Below are positions 9,239-18,715 of a DNA stretch of 64,000 nucleotides, in pieces (position 1 is the first letter of the stretch; each line of letters opens with the position of its first letter). This DNA is from Oscillospiraceae bacterium (GTDB lineage: Bacteria; Bacillota; Clostridia; Oscillospirales; Acutalibacteraceae): assembly GCA_031271865.1 (NCBI GenBank), contig JAISUW010000044.1, positions 589 to 64,588 on the forward strand, read 5' to 3'. The position numbers and the translations under genes are program-made. The notes below the pieces were generated by a model, which was given only the letters and a program-made list of their open reading frames with translations, was not told the origin of the DNA and made no database searches.

Positions 9239-9335
9239 ACTACCACAATTTAATGTATTAAATCAACCGAGCGGTATGAAACAGGTGGAGAGGGATTAAT
9301 ATCCATTTTTTGTCTGTGTTTAGGAGGAACCCCTG

Positions 9336-9659
9336 ATGAAAGAAGCCATTCACGAGGAGAGCATACAGCTTTTCTGTAAAGCCGTCCTGTCCCTGAAAAC
9401 AGAAAAGGAGATGCGGAGCTTTCTCGAAGACTTGTGTACCATGCCGGAACTCAAGGCATTTGCGCAACGCCTCATGGTAGCAAAGATGCTCAATGAAAAG
9501 CGCGTTTATGCAGAGATAGTGGACCGTACCGGCGCTTCCACCGCCACCATCAGCCGTGTCAACCGATCCTTGGTATACGGTAATGATACTTTCCACATGC
9601 TCTTCGAGCGCCTCTTCGGGGAGGAAGCCATCGCCGAGGCGAGGAGAAAAGTCGGCTGA
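9336..9659 (+). CDS. YerC/YecD family TrpR-related DNA-binding protein
   Basis: LCTMPELKAFAQRLMVAKML...GASTATISRVNRSL matches the YerC/TrpR-like HTH family. Confidence 0.8.
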   Translation: MKEAIHEESIQLFCKAVLSLKTEKEMRSFLEDLCTMPELKAFAQRLMVAKMLNEKRVYAEIVDRTGASTATISRVNRSLVYGNDTFHMLFERLFGEEAIAEARRKVG

Positions 9660-9723
9660 TGCAGCCGGCTGTAGCCAACTTACAGACCATTTTTGCTATG
9701 GATGTATGAAAGAGTAGGTTGCC

Positions 9724-10476
9724 ATGAGTTACAAAGCTTTAGCGCATTGCTATGACAGCTTCACCGGCAATATGAACTATGCCAAGCGCGCGGATTATGT
9801 GACGGCGCTTCTGTTGTCGAATGGCGTTCGCTCCGGCGATACGCTTCTTGACCTTGCCTGCGGAACCGGGGGGTTTACCTATCCCTTACAGCATCACGGC
9901 TTCGACATGATTGGTGTGGATGCCTCAGAGGAGATGCTTGCCTACGCACAGGCAAAAGCACATGCTGCAGAGGATGCCAAAGCGCCGATGTTCCTGCACC
10001 AGAGATTGGAGGCGCTTGACCTTTACGGTACAGCCCGCGGAGCCGTCTGTTTGACTGACTCCGTCAACCACCTTGCAGAAAAGGATTTGGCCACATTCCT
10101 GAAGCGATTGTATAACTTCTTGGAGCCGAACGCTCCCTTTGTGTTTGATGTCAATACCGAATACAAACACGAGAGCATCCTTGCAAACCACACGTTCGTT
10201 TATGAGGACGAAAGTACCTACTGTGTCTGGCAAAACGCTTGGGACAGAAAGAACGCTGTGACACACATACATATGGATGTCTTCTCCGTCAACCCCGCCG
10301 GTTTCTGGCTCCGCGAAAGCGAGGACTTTGCGGAGTATGTGCATAGTGAGCGCACACTCAAACACCTACTGAAGAAAGCAAACTTTGAACTCAAGTATGT
10401 GTACGGGGAACTAACCACAGATAAGCCGCCGAAACACGCCGAGCGCGTCTACTGCGTTGCCGTACGGCAACCGTGA
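9724..10476 (+). CDS. class I SAM-dependent methyltransferase
   Basis: Motif I LLDLACGTGGFT and the downstream acidic loop GVDASEEML are present. Confidence 0.8.
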   Translation: MSYKALAHCYDSFTGNMNYAKRADYVTALLLSNGVRSGDTLLDLACGTGGFTYPLQHHGFDMIGVDASEEMLAYAQAKAHAAEDAKAPMFLHQRLEALDLYGTARGAVCLTDSVNHLAEKDLATFLKRLYNFLEPNAPFVFDVNTEYKHESILANHTFVYEDESTYCVWQNAWDRKNAVTHIHMDVFSVNPAGFWLRESEDFAEYVHSERTLKHLLKKANFELKYVYGELTTDKPPKHAERVYCVAVRQP

Positions 10477-10533
10477 TTGCATGAGCAGGCCGCACAGGCC
10501 TGTTTTGACTTTATTGAACTGAGGAAAACGTAT

Positions 10534-12213
10534 ATGCTGAAATTACGAACCCGGCTGTATTCGTCATTGGTGCGGGTGCGCTCGGACAGTTTGCCCGACG
10601 CGCCGGAAACCACGGAGCTGACAGCGCTCTGCGGGGAGGAAATTTCCTTTCAGTTTGCCTTTTGGAGTGCGCAAGCCCTCTGTGCACCGATTCGCATAGC
10701 GCAGGAAGATGTTCCCGTCGGGGAAGTCCAATGCTTCCGCGTGGAGGAAGTACCGCTGAGCAAAGCGACACGCGGCAGCATCGACGATTGGTATGAGACC
10801 ACGGACGACGGCGGACAGTGCCCGGATGTTCTGCGCCCCTATGGCGGCGAGGCGTTGCTTATTCGTCCGGAGACATGGTACTCCATCTGGATTGCCGTTG
10901 GTTGCGACACAGCCGGGACGGCGCAGATTGCCGTTGAACTGGATGCGGGTACTACGCGCCTCACCCGTGTTTTTACGCTGCGCGTCATCGCTGCCGAACT
11001 GCCGGAGCAGAAGCTCATCTATACCGACTGGTTCCACTCCGATTGCTTGGCTACCTATTATAATGTGCCGGTATTCAGCGAGGCGCACTGGGATATTATC
11101 CGCCGCTACGTGCAGACAGCCGCAGACCATGGGCAGAATATGATCCTCACGCCGCTCTTCACCCCGGCTTTGGACACGGAGATTGGCACCGAACGCCCGA
11201 CGGTGCAGCTGACGGATGTGACCGTTCTCCCGGCGTCGGAAGGGGAGGGCGTGCAGTATGCCTTTGGCTTTGTGCGTCTGCGCCGCTTCGTAAATCTTTG
11301 CCACGCCGCCGGCATCCGTTACTTTGAGCTGTGCCATCTCTTCACGCAATGGGGTGCTCTCCATGCCCCCAAGATTGTGGATACCCAAGGGCAGCAGCTC
11401 TTCGGCTGGGATACCGATGCGGATAGTGCGGAATACGCCGCTTTCCTGCGCAGCTTTGCTGCATCTTTGCTCCCGGAACTGCGCCGTCTGGACATCACGG
11501 AGAACTGCTTTGTCCATGTCAGCGATGAGCCGAGCTTGCAGGATATCGAATCCTACGGCCGCCACGCCGCACTGATAAAGGAGATTTTCCCGGGCTTGCG
11601 CTGTATTGATGCGCTGAGCGAATACGAGTTCTACCAAACCGGGCTGATTGAAACGCCTATCCCCTCGAATTTGGCCGTAGAGCCGTTTATTGGGAATGTA
11701 CCGCATCTTTGGACGTATTACTGCTGCGGGCAAGGGGATAAGTATGTCTCCAACCGCTTTATGTCTATGCCCTTGGTGCGGACAAGGGTTCTGGGTCTGC
11801 AACTCTGGAAGTTCCGCTGTGAGGGCTTCTTGCACTGGGGATATAACTTTTGGTACTCGCAGCTCTCGAAAGATAAGCATATCAACCCTTACGAAGAAAC
11901 AGCGGCGGGGGGAGCCTTCCCTTCGGGGGATGCTTTCGTTGTCTATCCCGGCGAGGAGGGAAGACCGCTGGTGAGCTTGCGCCTGAAAGTATTTCACGAG
12001 GCCTTGCAGGACTACCGCGCCCTGTCGTTTTTGGAGGGCTTCATTGGGTATCATAATACACTTGCACTTTTGGAGGAGGGTCTGTCCGCACCCATTACTT
12101 TCCGTGATGTCCCGCACGACCCAGCGTGGCTTTTAGATACCCGCGAACGCCTGAATACGGTCGCTGCCTCCCTGTATCCGTTACCTGCCTTCGATGACCC
12201 GTTACCATTTTGA
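10534..12213 (+). CDS. DUF4091 domain protein (GH123-like glycoside hydrolase family)
   Basis: Its length and motifs (WFHSDCLATYY, HWDIIRRYVQTAADHGQNMILTPLFTP) fit DUF4091. The ATG at 10534 follows GAGGAAA. Confidence 0.7.
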   Translation: MLKLRTRLYSSLVRVRSDSLPDAPETTELTALCGEEISFQFAFWSAQALCAPIRIAQEDVPVGEVQCFRVEEVPLSKATRGSIDDWYETTDDGGQCPDVLRPYGGEALLIRPETWYSIWIAVGCDTAGTAQIAVELDAGTTRLTRVFTLRVIAAELPEQKLIYTDWFHSDCLATYYNVPVFSEAHWDIIRRYVQTAADHGQNMILTPLFTPALDTEIGTERPTVQLTDVTVLPASEGEGVQYAFGFVRLRRFVNLCHAAGIRYFELCHLFTQWGALHAPKIVDTQGQQLFGWDTDADSAEYAAFLRSFAASLLPELRRLDITENCFVHVSDEPSLQDIESYGRHAALIKEIFPGLRCIDALSEYEFYQTGLIETPIPSNLAVEPFIGNVPHLWTYYCCGQGDKYVSNRFMSMPLVRTRVLGLQLWKFRCEGFLHWGYNFWYSQLSKDKHINPYEETAAGGAFPSGDAFVVYPGEEGRPLVSLRLKVFHEALQDYRALSFLEGFIGYHNTLALLEEGLSAPITFRDVPHDPAWLLDTRERLNTVAASLYPLPAFDDPLPF

Positions 12214-12363
12214 GAAACGTATGAGCACATCAACGGGTTCTCGTACGTATTCATTAACGCGGAAAAATGTTCGAATTAATTAATTATTTCCAAAAGGAAA
12301 ATGGGAGAGTTGCACGACAAAAAAGTAACACCTCGTTAATACTTTATTGTCGGAGGAGAAATT

Positions 12364-12591
12364 ATGCAAGAGCATTGGAAGAAAATCTTAAAAACATTAA
12401 TTATCGGTTTGCTGGTAGCCATCCTGACCGTACAAGCTGTTGCATTTTCCGCCGATGCCGTCAGTGCCGCCGGAACGCTGGAAGAATGGCAGAGCAGTCT
12501 GCCGGATTGGCTGCAATGGGCGGCGGGGTTACATCCTGCGGTACAGTGGATACTGATCGTCGTTTGCTTCGGATGGATTTGGCTGTTTTGA
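12364..12591 (+). CDS. small membrane/secreted protein (hypothetical)
   Basis: A strong GGAGGAG RBS, an N-terminal signal/TM segment (LIIGLLVAILTVQAVAFSADA) and a C-terminal TM segment. No family was recognised. Confidence 0.5.
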   Translation: MQEHWKKILKTLIIGLLVAILTVQAVAFSADAVSAAGTLEEWQSSLPDWLQWAAGLHPAVQWILIVVCFGWIWLF

Positions 12592-12631
12592 CCTCTGCTT
12601 TTGGCGTTCACAGAAAATTTACTGCTTTCGC

Positions 12632-12660
12632 TTGCTTTTTCCCAACGGCTGTGCTATAAT
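12632..12660 (+). promoter_or_regulatory. sigma-A promoter driving the riboswitch and ATPase
   Basis: TTGCTT (12632-12637), a 17-nt spacer, then TGcTATAAT (12655-12660). Confidence 0.65.
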
Positions 12661-12667
12661 AGTTGTA

Positions 12668-12807
12668 GCGAAAAGGGGAGTAGCGAATTCCTGCCCGTCA
12701 ACAGCCGTTATACATACTGATGTATTTCTGGCGGACAGGCTCTGTGCATTCAGGGACGGCAAGACCTTTTGGCGGGCGTAGTACGTCTTGCCGAAGGTCT
12801 TTTTTTT
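12668..12807 (+). promoter_or_regulatory. yybP-ykoY (Mn2+) riboswitch with terminator expression platform
   Basis: The 5' AAAAGGGGAGUAGCG and 3' GGCAAGACCUUUU match the conserved halves of the yybP-ykoY aptamer. An internal GUCAAC and an ACAUAC-UGA-UGUAU hairpin are also present. AAGACCTT (12761-12768) can instead pair with AAGGTCTT (12794-12801), which is followed by a T8 run. Confidence 0.85.
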
Positions 12808-12875
12808 AAACAAGGCGCTTCTTTTCGCCTCTGCATTCCACGGTTCCCAATATGAAAGAAGGAGTCGACCACCCG

Positions 12876-15596
12876 ATGCAACACTATCTCGAAACGGCAC
12901 AGGATGTTTTTGACCACGTAAAAAGTACAGCGCAAGGCCTTACAAAGCAAGATGCCGCAGACCGACTTGCAGAAAACGGACCGAACAAGCTCAAGGAGGG
13001 CAAGAAAGAATCCTTGCTTGTCCGCTTTCTGAAGCAGATGACCGACCCCATGATTATCATATTGCTGGCGGCTGCCGGCATCTCCGCCGTTTTGGCCGTT
13101 CATGAGAAAGAGTTTCCGGCGGATGTGATTATCATCCTCGTTGTGGTACTCATCAATGCCATCCTCGGCGTGTATCAGGAGTCCAAGGCAGAGGCTGCGA
13201 TTGAGGCGCTCCAAGAGATGTCCGCAGCCACAACCCGCGCCATACGCGGCGGCGAAGTTGCAATCGTCCCCAGTGCGGAACTGGTAGTGGGCGATGTGAT
13301 TCTGCTGGAAGCAGGGGATGCCGTCCCGGCGGATGCGCGTGTATTTGAAGCCGCCTCCCTGAAAATAGAAGAAGCCGCCCTCACCGGGGAGAGCGTGCCG
13401 ACATCGAAGCTGATTGGGAAGCTCTTGGCGGGTGCCAACGGCGATGTAGCCTTGGGTGACCGCAAGAATATGGTATACATGGGTTCCTCCGTGGCTTATG
13501 GCCGCGGCCGTGCCGTAGTTGTGGCAACCGGCATGGACACGGAGATGGGGAAAATCGCCGATGCCATTGAGCAGGCGGAGGAAGGGCAGACCCCGCTCCA
13601 AATCAAACTCTCGCAACTCTCGAAGATTCTGACGTGGCTGGTACTGGGTATCTGCCTGTTCATCTTCGGTTTTGATATTGTCAATAGCCTCCTCCACGGC
13701 AAGGAGATTACCTTTACAGGGCTTCTGGATGTGTTCATGGTCGCGGTGTCATTGGCTGTTGCAGCAATTCCGGAGGGCTTGGCTGCGGTGGTTACGATTG
13801 TGCTTTCCATCGGGGTCACCAATATGTCCAAGAAGAAAGCCATCATTCGACGGCTGACCGCGGTGGAAACCCTCGGCTGTGCGCAGATTATTTGCTCTGA
13901 CAAGACCGGCACACTTACGCAGAACAAAATGACTGTCGTGGAAACGTATGTCCCCTCCGGTGACGCAGATTTGCTGGCGACTGCCATGGCACTTTGCACG
14001 GACGCTGAGTTGGTCGGGGAAGGGGAAGATGTGCAGACCGTGGGGGAACCGACGGAGGTAGCGCTGGTTAACTTTGCTTACAAGAGCGGTCTGTCCAAGA
14101 ACGAACTCAAGAAAGAGCTTCCCCGTGTCTGCGAGGCACCGTTTGACAGTATGCGCAAGATGATGTCAACCGTCCATGAAAAAACAGCGGACAGTAATAT
14201 AGTGCAGTATACCAAAGGTGCGCCGGATGAGATTCTGCGCTTCTGTACGCAGATTCTGGCGGCGGACGGTATTCGTCCCATTACGGATCCAGACAAGGAC
14301 GAAATCCGTGCGGCAAATAAGAAAATGGCAGACCAAGCCCTGCGCGTTTTGGCGGCGGCGCAGAAGACATATACAGAGGCACCTGAGCAAGGCTGCGAAG
14401 CCGCTTTTTTAGAGCAAGAGATGTGCTTCATCGGTCTGACCGGCATGATAGATCCCGAGCGCCCGGAGGTTGCGGACGCTGTCGCGGAGTGCCGCAAGGC
14501 CGGTATCCGTCCGATTATGATTACCGGCGATCACAAAGACACCGCCGTTGCCATCGCCCGCAAGCTCGGTATTCTGGAGGACGGTTTGGAGGCCATCACC
14601 GGCGCAGAACTCGACGGTATCAGTGAAGAAGACTTCGAGGAGCGCATCAAGCAGATTGCCGTCTATGCGCGCGTACAACCGGAGCATAAAACGCGAATCG
14701 TCAACGTCTGGCGCAAGCTCGGCAACATCACCGCCATGACCGGGGACGGTGTAAATGACGCACCCTCTATTAAGTCTGCCGACATCGGTGTCGGGATGGG
14801 AATCACCGGAACGGATGTCACCAAGAACGTGGCGGATATGGTCTTGGCGGATGACAATTTTGCGACGATTGTTTCCGCTGTCGGCGAGGGTCGGCGTATC
14901 TATACCAACATCCGCAAGGCGATTCAGTTCCTCTTGGGTTCCAATCTGTCGGAAGTGATTTCCATCTTTACGGCCTCGCTTCTGAGCATCACGATTCTCA
15001 AGCCCGTTCACCTGCTCTGGATTAACCTTGTTACAGACTGCTTCCCTGCCTTGGCTCTCGGTATGGAGAAGCCGGAGCATAATATCATGCAACAAAAGCC
15101 GCGCAATGCCCGCGACGGTGTTTTTGCCGGCGGGGTTGGGATTGATGTATGCTATCAGGGCATCATGGTGTCTGCATTAACCATCGGGGCGTGGTTTGCC
15201 GGTGTCTTCCTGCACTATGGTTCTTGGGACTTCCTCCGCGACTTAAGCGCTATCCCGGAAGGCATCAACGCCCACGGCATGATACTCGCTTTCCTCGTAA
15301 TGAATATGGCGGAGATTTTCCACTCATTTAATATGCGCTCCCAGCGCGGTTCGCTCTTTGTCATGACTGCCAAGAGCGGTATGAACTGGTGGATGGTCGG
15401 TTCTCTCGTGATTGCGTTTGCGCTGACCTGCGCCGTGCTGTTTATACCGCCGCTGCGCGTAGTGTTCTTCGGACCGGAAACCATTGTGGATGCGCAGGAG
15501 TTCGGGGTAGGAATGGCGCTGGCTTTTGCCGTTATCCCGATTGTGGAGGTCGTGAAGTTCTTCCAACGGCTTGCTGCGAAGGCTAAGAAGAGCTGA
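12876..15596 (+). CDS. P-type (P2A, Ca2+/Mn2+-type) cation-transporting ATPase
   Basis: Contains the CSDKTGTLT phosphorylation site, TGES, MITGDH and TGDGVNDAPS, with about 10 TM segments. The ATG at 12876 follows GAAGGAG; an alternative ATG lies at 12852. Confidence 0.95.
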   Translation: MQHYLETAQDVFDHVKSTAQGLTKQDAADRLAENGPNKLKEGKKESLLVRFLKQMTDPMIIILLAAAGISAVLAVHEKEFPADVIIILVVVLINAILGVYQESKAEAAIEALQEMSAATTRAIRGGEVAIVPSAELVVGDVILLEAGDAVPADARVFEAASLKIEEAALTGESVPTSKLIGKLLAGANGDVALGDRKNMVYMGSSVAYGRGRAVVVATGMDTEMGKIADAIEQAEEGQTPLQIKLSQLSKILTWLVLGICLFIFGFDIVNSLLHGKEITFTGLLDVFMVAVSLAVAAIPEGLAAVVTIVLSIGVTNMSKKKAIIRRLTAVETLGCAQIICSDKTGTLTQNKMTVVETYVPSGDADLLATAMALCTDAELVGEGEDVQTVGEPTEVALVNFAYKSGLSKNELKKELPRVCEAPFDSMRKMMSTVHEKTADSNIVQYTKGAPDEILRFCTQILAADGIRPITDPDKDEIRAANKKMADQALRVLAAAQKTYTEAPEQGCEAAFLEQEMCFIGLTGMIDPERPEVADAVAECRKAGIRPIMITGDHKDTAVAIARKLGILEDGLEAITGAELDGISEEDFEERIKQIAVYARVQPEHKTRIVNVWRKLGNITAMTGDGVNDAPSIKSADIGVGMGITGTDVTKNVADMVLADDNFATIVSAVGEGRRIYTNIRKAIQFLLGSNLSEVISIFTASLLSITILKPVHLLWINLVTDCFPALALGMEKPEHNIMQQKPRNARDGVFAGGVGIDVCYQGIMVSALTIGAWFAGVFLHYGSWDFLRDLSAIPEGINAHGMILAFLVMNMAEIFHSFNMRSQRGSLFVMTAKSGMNWWMVGSLVIAFALTCAVLFIPPLRVVFFGPETIVDAQEFGVGMALAFAVIPIVEVVKFFQRLAAKAKKS

Positions 15597-15626
15597 GCGA
15601 CGGGCAGGTCTTGCGAAACCAAGCGT

Positions 15627-15680
15627 CCCGCCGACCGCACTACAGGGTACTGCGGCCGGCGGGGTGCTGTTTGTTCTTAA
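15627..15680 (+). terminator. intrinsic terminator after the ATPase
   Basis: A 13-bp stem CCCGCCGACCGCA / TGCGGCCGGCGGG with one mismatch, followed by T-rich GTGCTGTTTGTTCTT. Confidence 0.6.
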
Positions 15681-15694
15681 TTATGGGGATAGTG

Positions 15695-15723
15695 TTGACT
15701 TTCCTTAAAAAATGGAGTATAAT
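15695..15723 (+). promoter_or_regulatory. sigma-A promoter of the 15769-24032 gene string
   Basis: TTGACT (15695-15700), a 17-nt spacer, then TATAAT (15718-15723). It overlaps the track ATG at 15712, which is therefore rejected as a start. Confidence 0.6.
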
Positions 15724-15768
15724 AATACCGATAAGCGGATTGTTATTCCATATCGGAAGGGACAAGCC

Positions 15769-16938
15769 ATGAGCAACCCACGCGCCTTCAAGCAAAACCA
15801 AACACGAAAAGAACGTGCCGCTGCAAAAGCCGCAGCACCCGCTGCGAAGGCACTTCCTGCTGAGCGGTTGCTTCGGTATGACAATTTGCGTGCGGTGGTT
15901 ATGTTCTTTGTGGTCCTGAACAATTTCTTTTTGCTCGACCTGACGAACCGTATGGGTGAGCAGGCGGAATTCTTTGCAGAGCACCAGGCAGTTTCCGCCT
16001 TCCTCGGCATGGCGGAGAGTTTGACACTCCCTCTCTTTGTTTTCTTTGCCGGATACTTCGGAAAGCGCTATCTCCAAAGTTCGGAGCGGCTCTATCGGCG
16101 GTTGGTGAATGTGTTTACCGTCTTTGTATTTACCCGTATAATCACGGTCATTTCCGCTTCCATTGTCGCCAAAGGCTTTGCTTATCAATATATGGGAGCA
16201 GATTTTTTCATGCTCGCTATGGGCTTGTGGCTCTTGATAGCATGGCCATTCCGAAAGTATCGGGGGACACCGGTGCTGACGGTTGTACTGTTGGTGAGCT
16301 GTTTTTTGACTCTTGTGCCTTATGAGAAAGTAGAAGACCAATTGCTCGTCTTGAAGTTTGTTTATATGCTTCCGTTCTTTTTTGCAGGGGTATACTGGAA
16401 AGAAGATTTTCTCCGTAAGCTCTCGCTAAAAATGCAGAAATGGCTGGGCTGCGGCGGCTTGGTTCTGTTGCTGGTGCTGTTTTATTTCCTGCCGAAAGAA
16501 TTTTATGCACAATACATTGGGAGTGAAGAGTCGCGGGCTTTCTTGGATCCGTACTTTGACTATTGGCAGCCGTTGATTCGACTGGGGCTGTATGGTTTGC
16601 AGTTTTTGTGCTGCCTTTGTGCGGTTTTAGCTATTCCAACACGCAAAGTGCCGATTCTGACAACCATCGGTCAGCGTTCCATGCAGATTTATGTATTGCA
16701 CATTCCGCCGATGCTCTTCTTCGTGAATCTGGGAGTCGGGGAAGCAATGGGACTGGAAACGATGCCGGTGACTTCTTTCGCTTGGATATGCCTCGGGATT
16801 TCGCTGGGTGTGGTATTGCTGTTACACCTGAAAGCCTTCGGTTTACTGCTTCTGCCGGTGTTAAAATGTGCCCGGTGGTTGGAAGTGAAGCTGAAAGAAC
16901 TCGATAGCAAACTTCGCTCTGCGGAGTATCAGATTTAG
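15769..16938 (+). CDS. integral-membrane acyltransferase family 3-like protein
   Basis: About 10 TM segments. RYDNLRAVVMFFVVLNN, FVFFAGYF and IGQRSMQIYVLH resemble the acyltransferase_3 layout. The usual His after the first TM appears replaced (VLNN). Confidence 0.5.
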   Translation: MSNPRAFKQNQTRKERAAAKAAAPAAKALPAERLLRYDNLRAVVMFFVVLNNFFLLDLTNRMGEQAEFFAEHQAVSAFLGMAESLTLPLFVFFAGYFGKRYLQSSERLYRRLVNVFTVFVFTRIITVISASIVAKGFAYQYMGADFFMLAMGLWLLIAWPFRKYRGTPVLTVVLLVSCFLTLVPYEKVEDQLLVLKFVYMLPFFFAGVYWKEDFLRKLSLKMQKWLGCGGLVLLLVLFYFLPKEFYAQYIGSEESRAFLDPYFDYWQPLIRLGLYGLQFLCCLCAVLAIPTRKVPILTTIGQRSMQIYVLHIPPMLFFVNLGVGEAMGLETMPVTSFAWICLGISLGVVLLLHLKAFGLLLLPVLKCARWLEVKLKELDSKLRSAEYQI

Positions 16939-16963
16939 CAAAAGTGTTCGAAAAGGAGACTAA

Positions 16964-18649
16964 ATGGATCCGGATGAAACCACCATTGGTGCCGCACTGA
17001 AAGAAACTGCGCAGAACCAACCGAAAGCGCCTCTCCTGCGCTATCTGGACAGCGGGTATACGCAGAATTGGGGCGATTTTGATGCCGCCTCCGATGCCAT
17101 AGCCAAAGGGTTGTTGGTGTTGGGATACAGAGGAGGCGCGCATATCGGCATCTGGGCTTCCAAGCGGCCGGTTTGGATGCACACGTTCTTTGGCATACTC
17201 AAGAGCGGCAACATCGCCGTCACTTATAATGACGGCTTTCACAAAGAAGCCTTTGCGTCACAGCTCATGCGCTCCGATACGGAGGTTCTCTTCTTCACAG
17301 AGGGTACGCCGGAGATTGACTTTGTCAGCGTACTGAATGCAGCCGTTTCGGCGCCGGCGGAAAGCAAGCCGGGGGAGATTCATGATGCGGCATTCCCTAA
17401 GTTGCGCTTGGCAGTATTCATGGGCAACGGAGCTTGCCCAAAAGACTTCCTGCCAATGGAGGAACTGATTGCCGCTGGGGAGGGCATTTCGGAGGAGGAC
17501 TATCTCTCCTACATCAACGCCTTGGATCCGGAAAGCCCTGCGGTACTGCAGTACTCCACCGGCACCACCGGTACGCCGAAAGGCATTGTGCATAGCCATA
17601 AAGCGCTTCTGGGTGCAACGGCCATCTATGCCCTTGCCTGCTTTCGTGAGACACCGGAGGCCGTTTTCCATCATGTGCTGCCCATGCACCACAACACAGG
17701 GATTATCACGCTTCTCGCCGCAATTCCGACCGGCGGTTCCGGTGTGCTGCGTGAATATGCCTCAACGGCACAGATGTGGGAGGATGCCAAAGCGGGAGGC
17801 ATCACCTGCGCTTATTACGTGCCGACGATCCTGACGCGCTTTTTGCAATTGGCGGAAGCGGAGGGCATCAACACGGACGGTCAGCATCCGGAGGAGAGCA
17901 AGAAAACCAATCCGCTGAAACTGCGTATCTGCGGCGTGGGAGCCGACAAATGTTCGCCGGAGATACTGTTTCGTTTTGTGAATACATTCTGTACGAAAAT
18001 CATTCACACCTATGCCCTCACGGAGAATTTGCTGACCACCGTTTTGGAACTGAATTATCCGCTGTCCGCACCGCCGGCGGAGGGCAGCATCGGCCGCACC
18101 ATTCCGGGGGTACAGTGCCGCATTACCGACCCCGCTTCCGGTGCCGTCCTCCCGGACGGTGAAGTTGGCGAAATCGAAATGCGCGGCTTTACCCTCATGC
18201 AAGAATACTATAACAATCCCATTGAAACAGACAAAGCCATCGGCGCGGGCGGGTGGATGAAAACCGGTGACCTTGGTGTACGCAACCCTGACCGTTCATT
18301 CACTTTCAAAGGACGCATGAAAGACCTCATCATCCGCGGCGGGGAGAATATCGCGCCGTTGGAGATAGAGGCTGTCCTTACAGGCCACCCCGCTGTTACT
18401 GAAGCCGCCGTTGCCGGCAAAGCCGATGCCGTGCTTGGCGAGGTGCCGGTAGCATTCCTTACTGTTTCAGCCCCTGTATCGCAAGAGGAATTGCGGACTT
18501 ACTGTATCCGGCATCTTCCCAAATCCCTTGTTCCGACAGTATTCCGAATCCTTGAATTCCTCCCGCGCAATACAATGGGCAAAGTGGATAAGAAAGTACT
18601 TCGGGAGATGGCGGCTGCCGAGGCAGAAAAGGATTCTGCTGCGGTATGA
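16964..18649 (+). CDS. AMP-dependent acyl-CoA synthetase/ligase
   Basis: The AMP-binding motif YSTGTTGTPKG plus GWMKTGDLG and the C-terminal GKVDKK. Confidence 0.9.
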   Translation: MDPDETTIGAALKETAQNQPKAPLLRYLDSGYTQNWGDFDAASDAIAKGLLVLGYRGGAHIGIWASKRPVWMHTFFGILKSGNIAVTYNDGFHKEAFASQLMRSDTEVLFFTEGTPEIDFVSVLNAAVSAPAESKPGEIHDAAFPKLRLAVFMGNGACPKDFLPMEELIAAGEGISEEDYLSYINALDPESPAVLQYSTGTTGTPKGIVHSHKALLGATAIYALACFRETPEAVFHHVLPMHHNTGIITLLAAIPTGGSGVLREYASTAQMWEDAKAGGITCAYYVPTILTRFLQLAEAEGINTDGQHPEESKKTNPLKLRICGVGADKCSPEILFRFVNTFCTKIIHTYALTENLLTTVLELNYPLSAPPAEGSIGRTIPGVQCRITDPASGAVLPDGEVGEIEMRGFTLMQEYYNNPIETDKAIGAGGWMKTGDLGVRNPDRSFTFKGRMKDLIIRGGENIAPLEIEAVLTGHPAVTEAAVAGKADAVLGEVPVAFLTVSAPVSQEELRTYCIRHLPKSLVPTVFRILEFLPRNTMGKVDKKVLREMAAAEAEKDSAAV

Positions 18650-18715
18650 AGGCGGTTGCTTTTTTGTTGCCGATTGTAACTATTTTATATTCATAAACAG
18701 TTTGGGGCGAGACGA

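Noticed and set aside
9086-9335. A 250-bp AT-rich intergenic region with several -35/-10-like hexamers and a small GGAT-TAAT-ATCC hairpin followed by a T6 run.
   Set aside because: The hairpin is only 4 bp, too weak to call an attenuator. Only the best-spaced promoter (9210-9238) is reported.
10564-12117. A 517-aa ORF on the minus strand.
   Set aside because: It lies exactly antisense to the well-supported DUF4091 gene. It has no recognisable motif, an Arg/Gly/Ala-rich composition typical of mirror-frame ORFs in GC-rich DNA, and no RBS or promoter.
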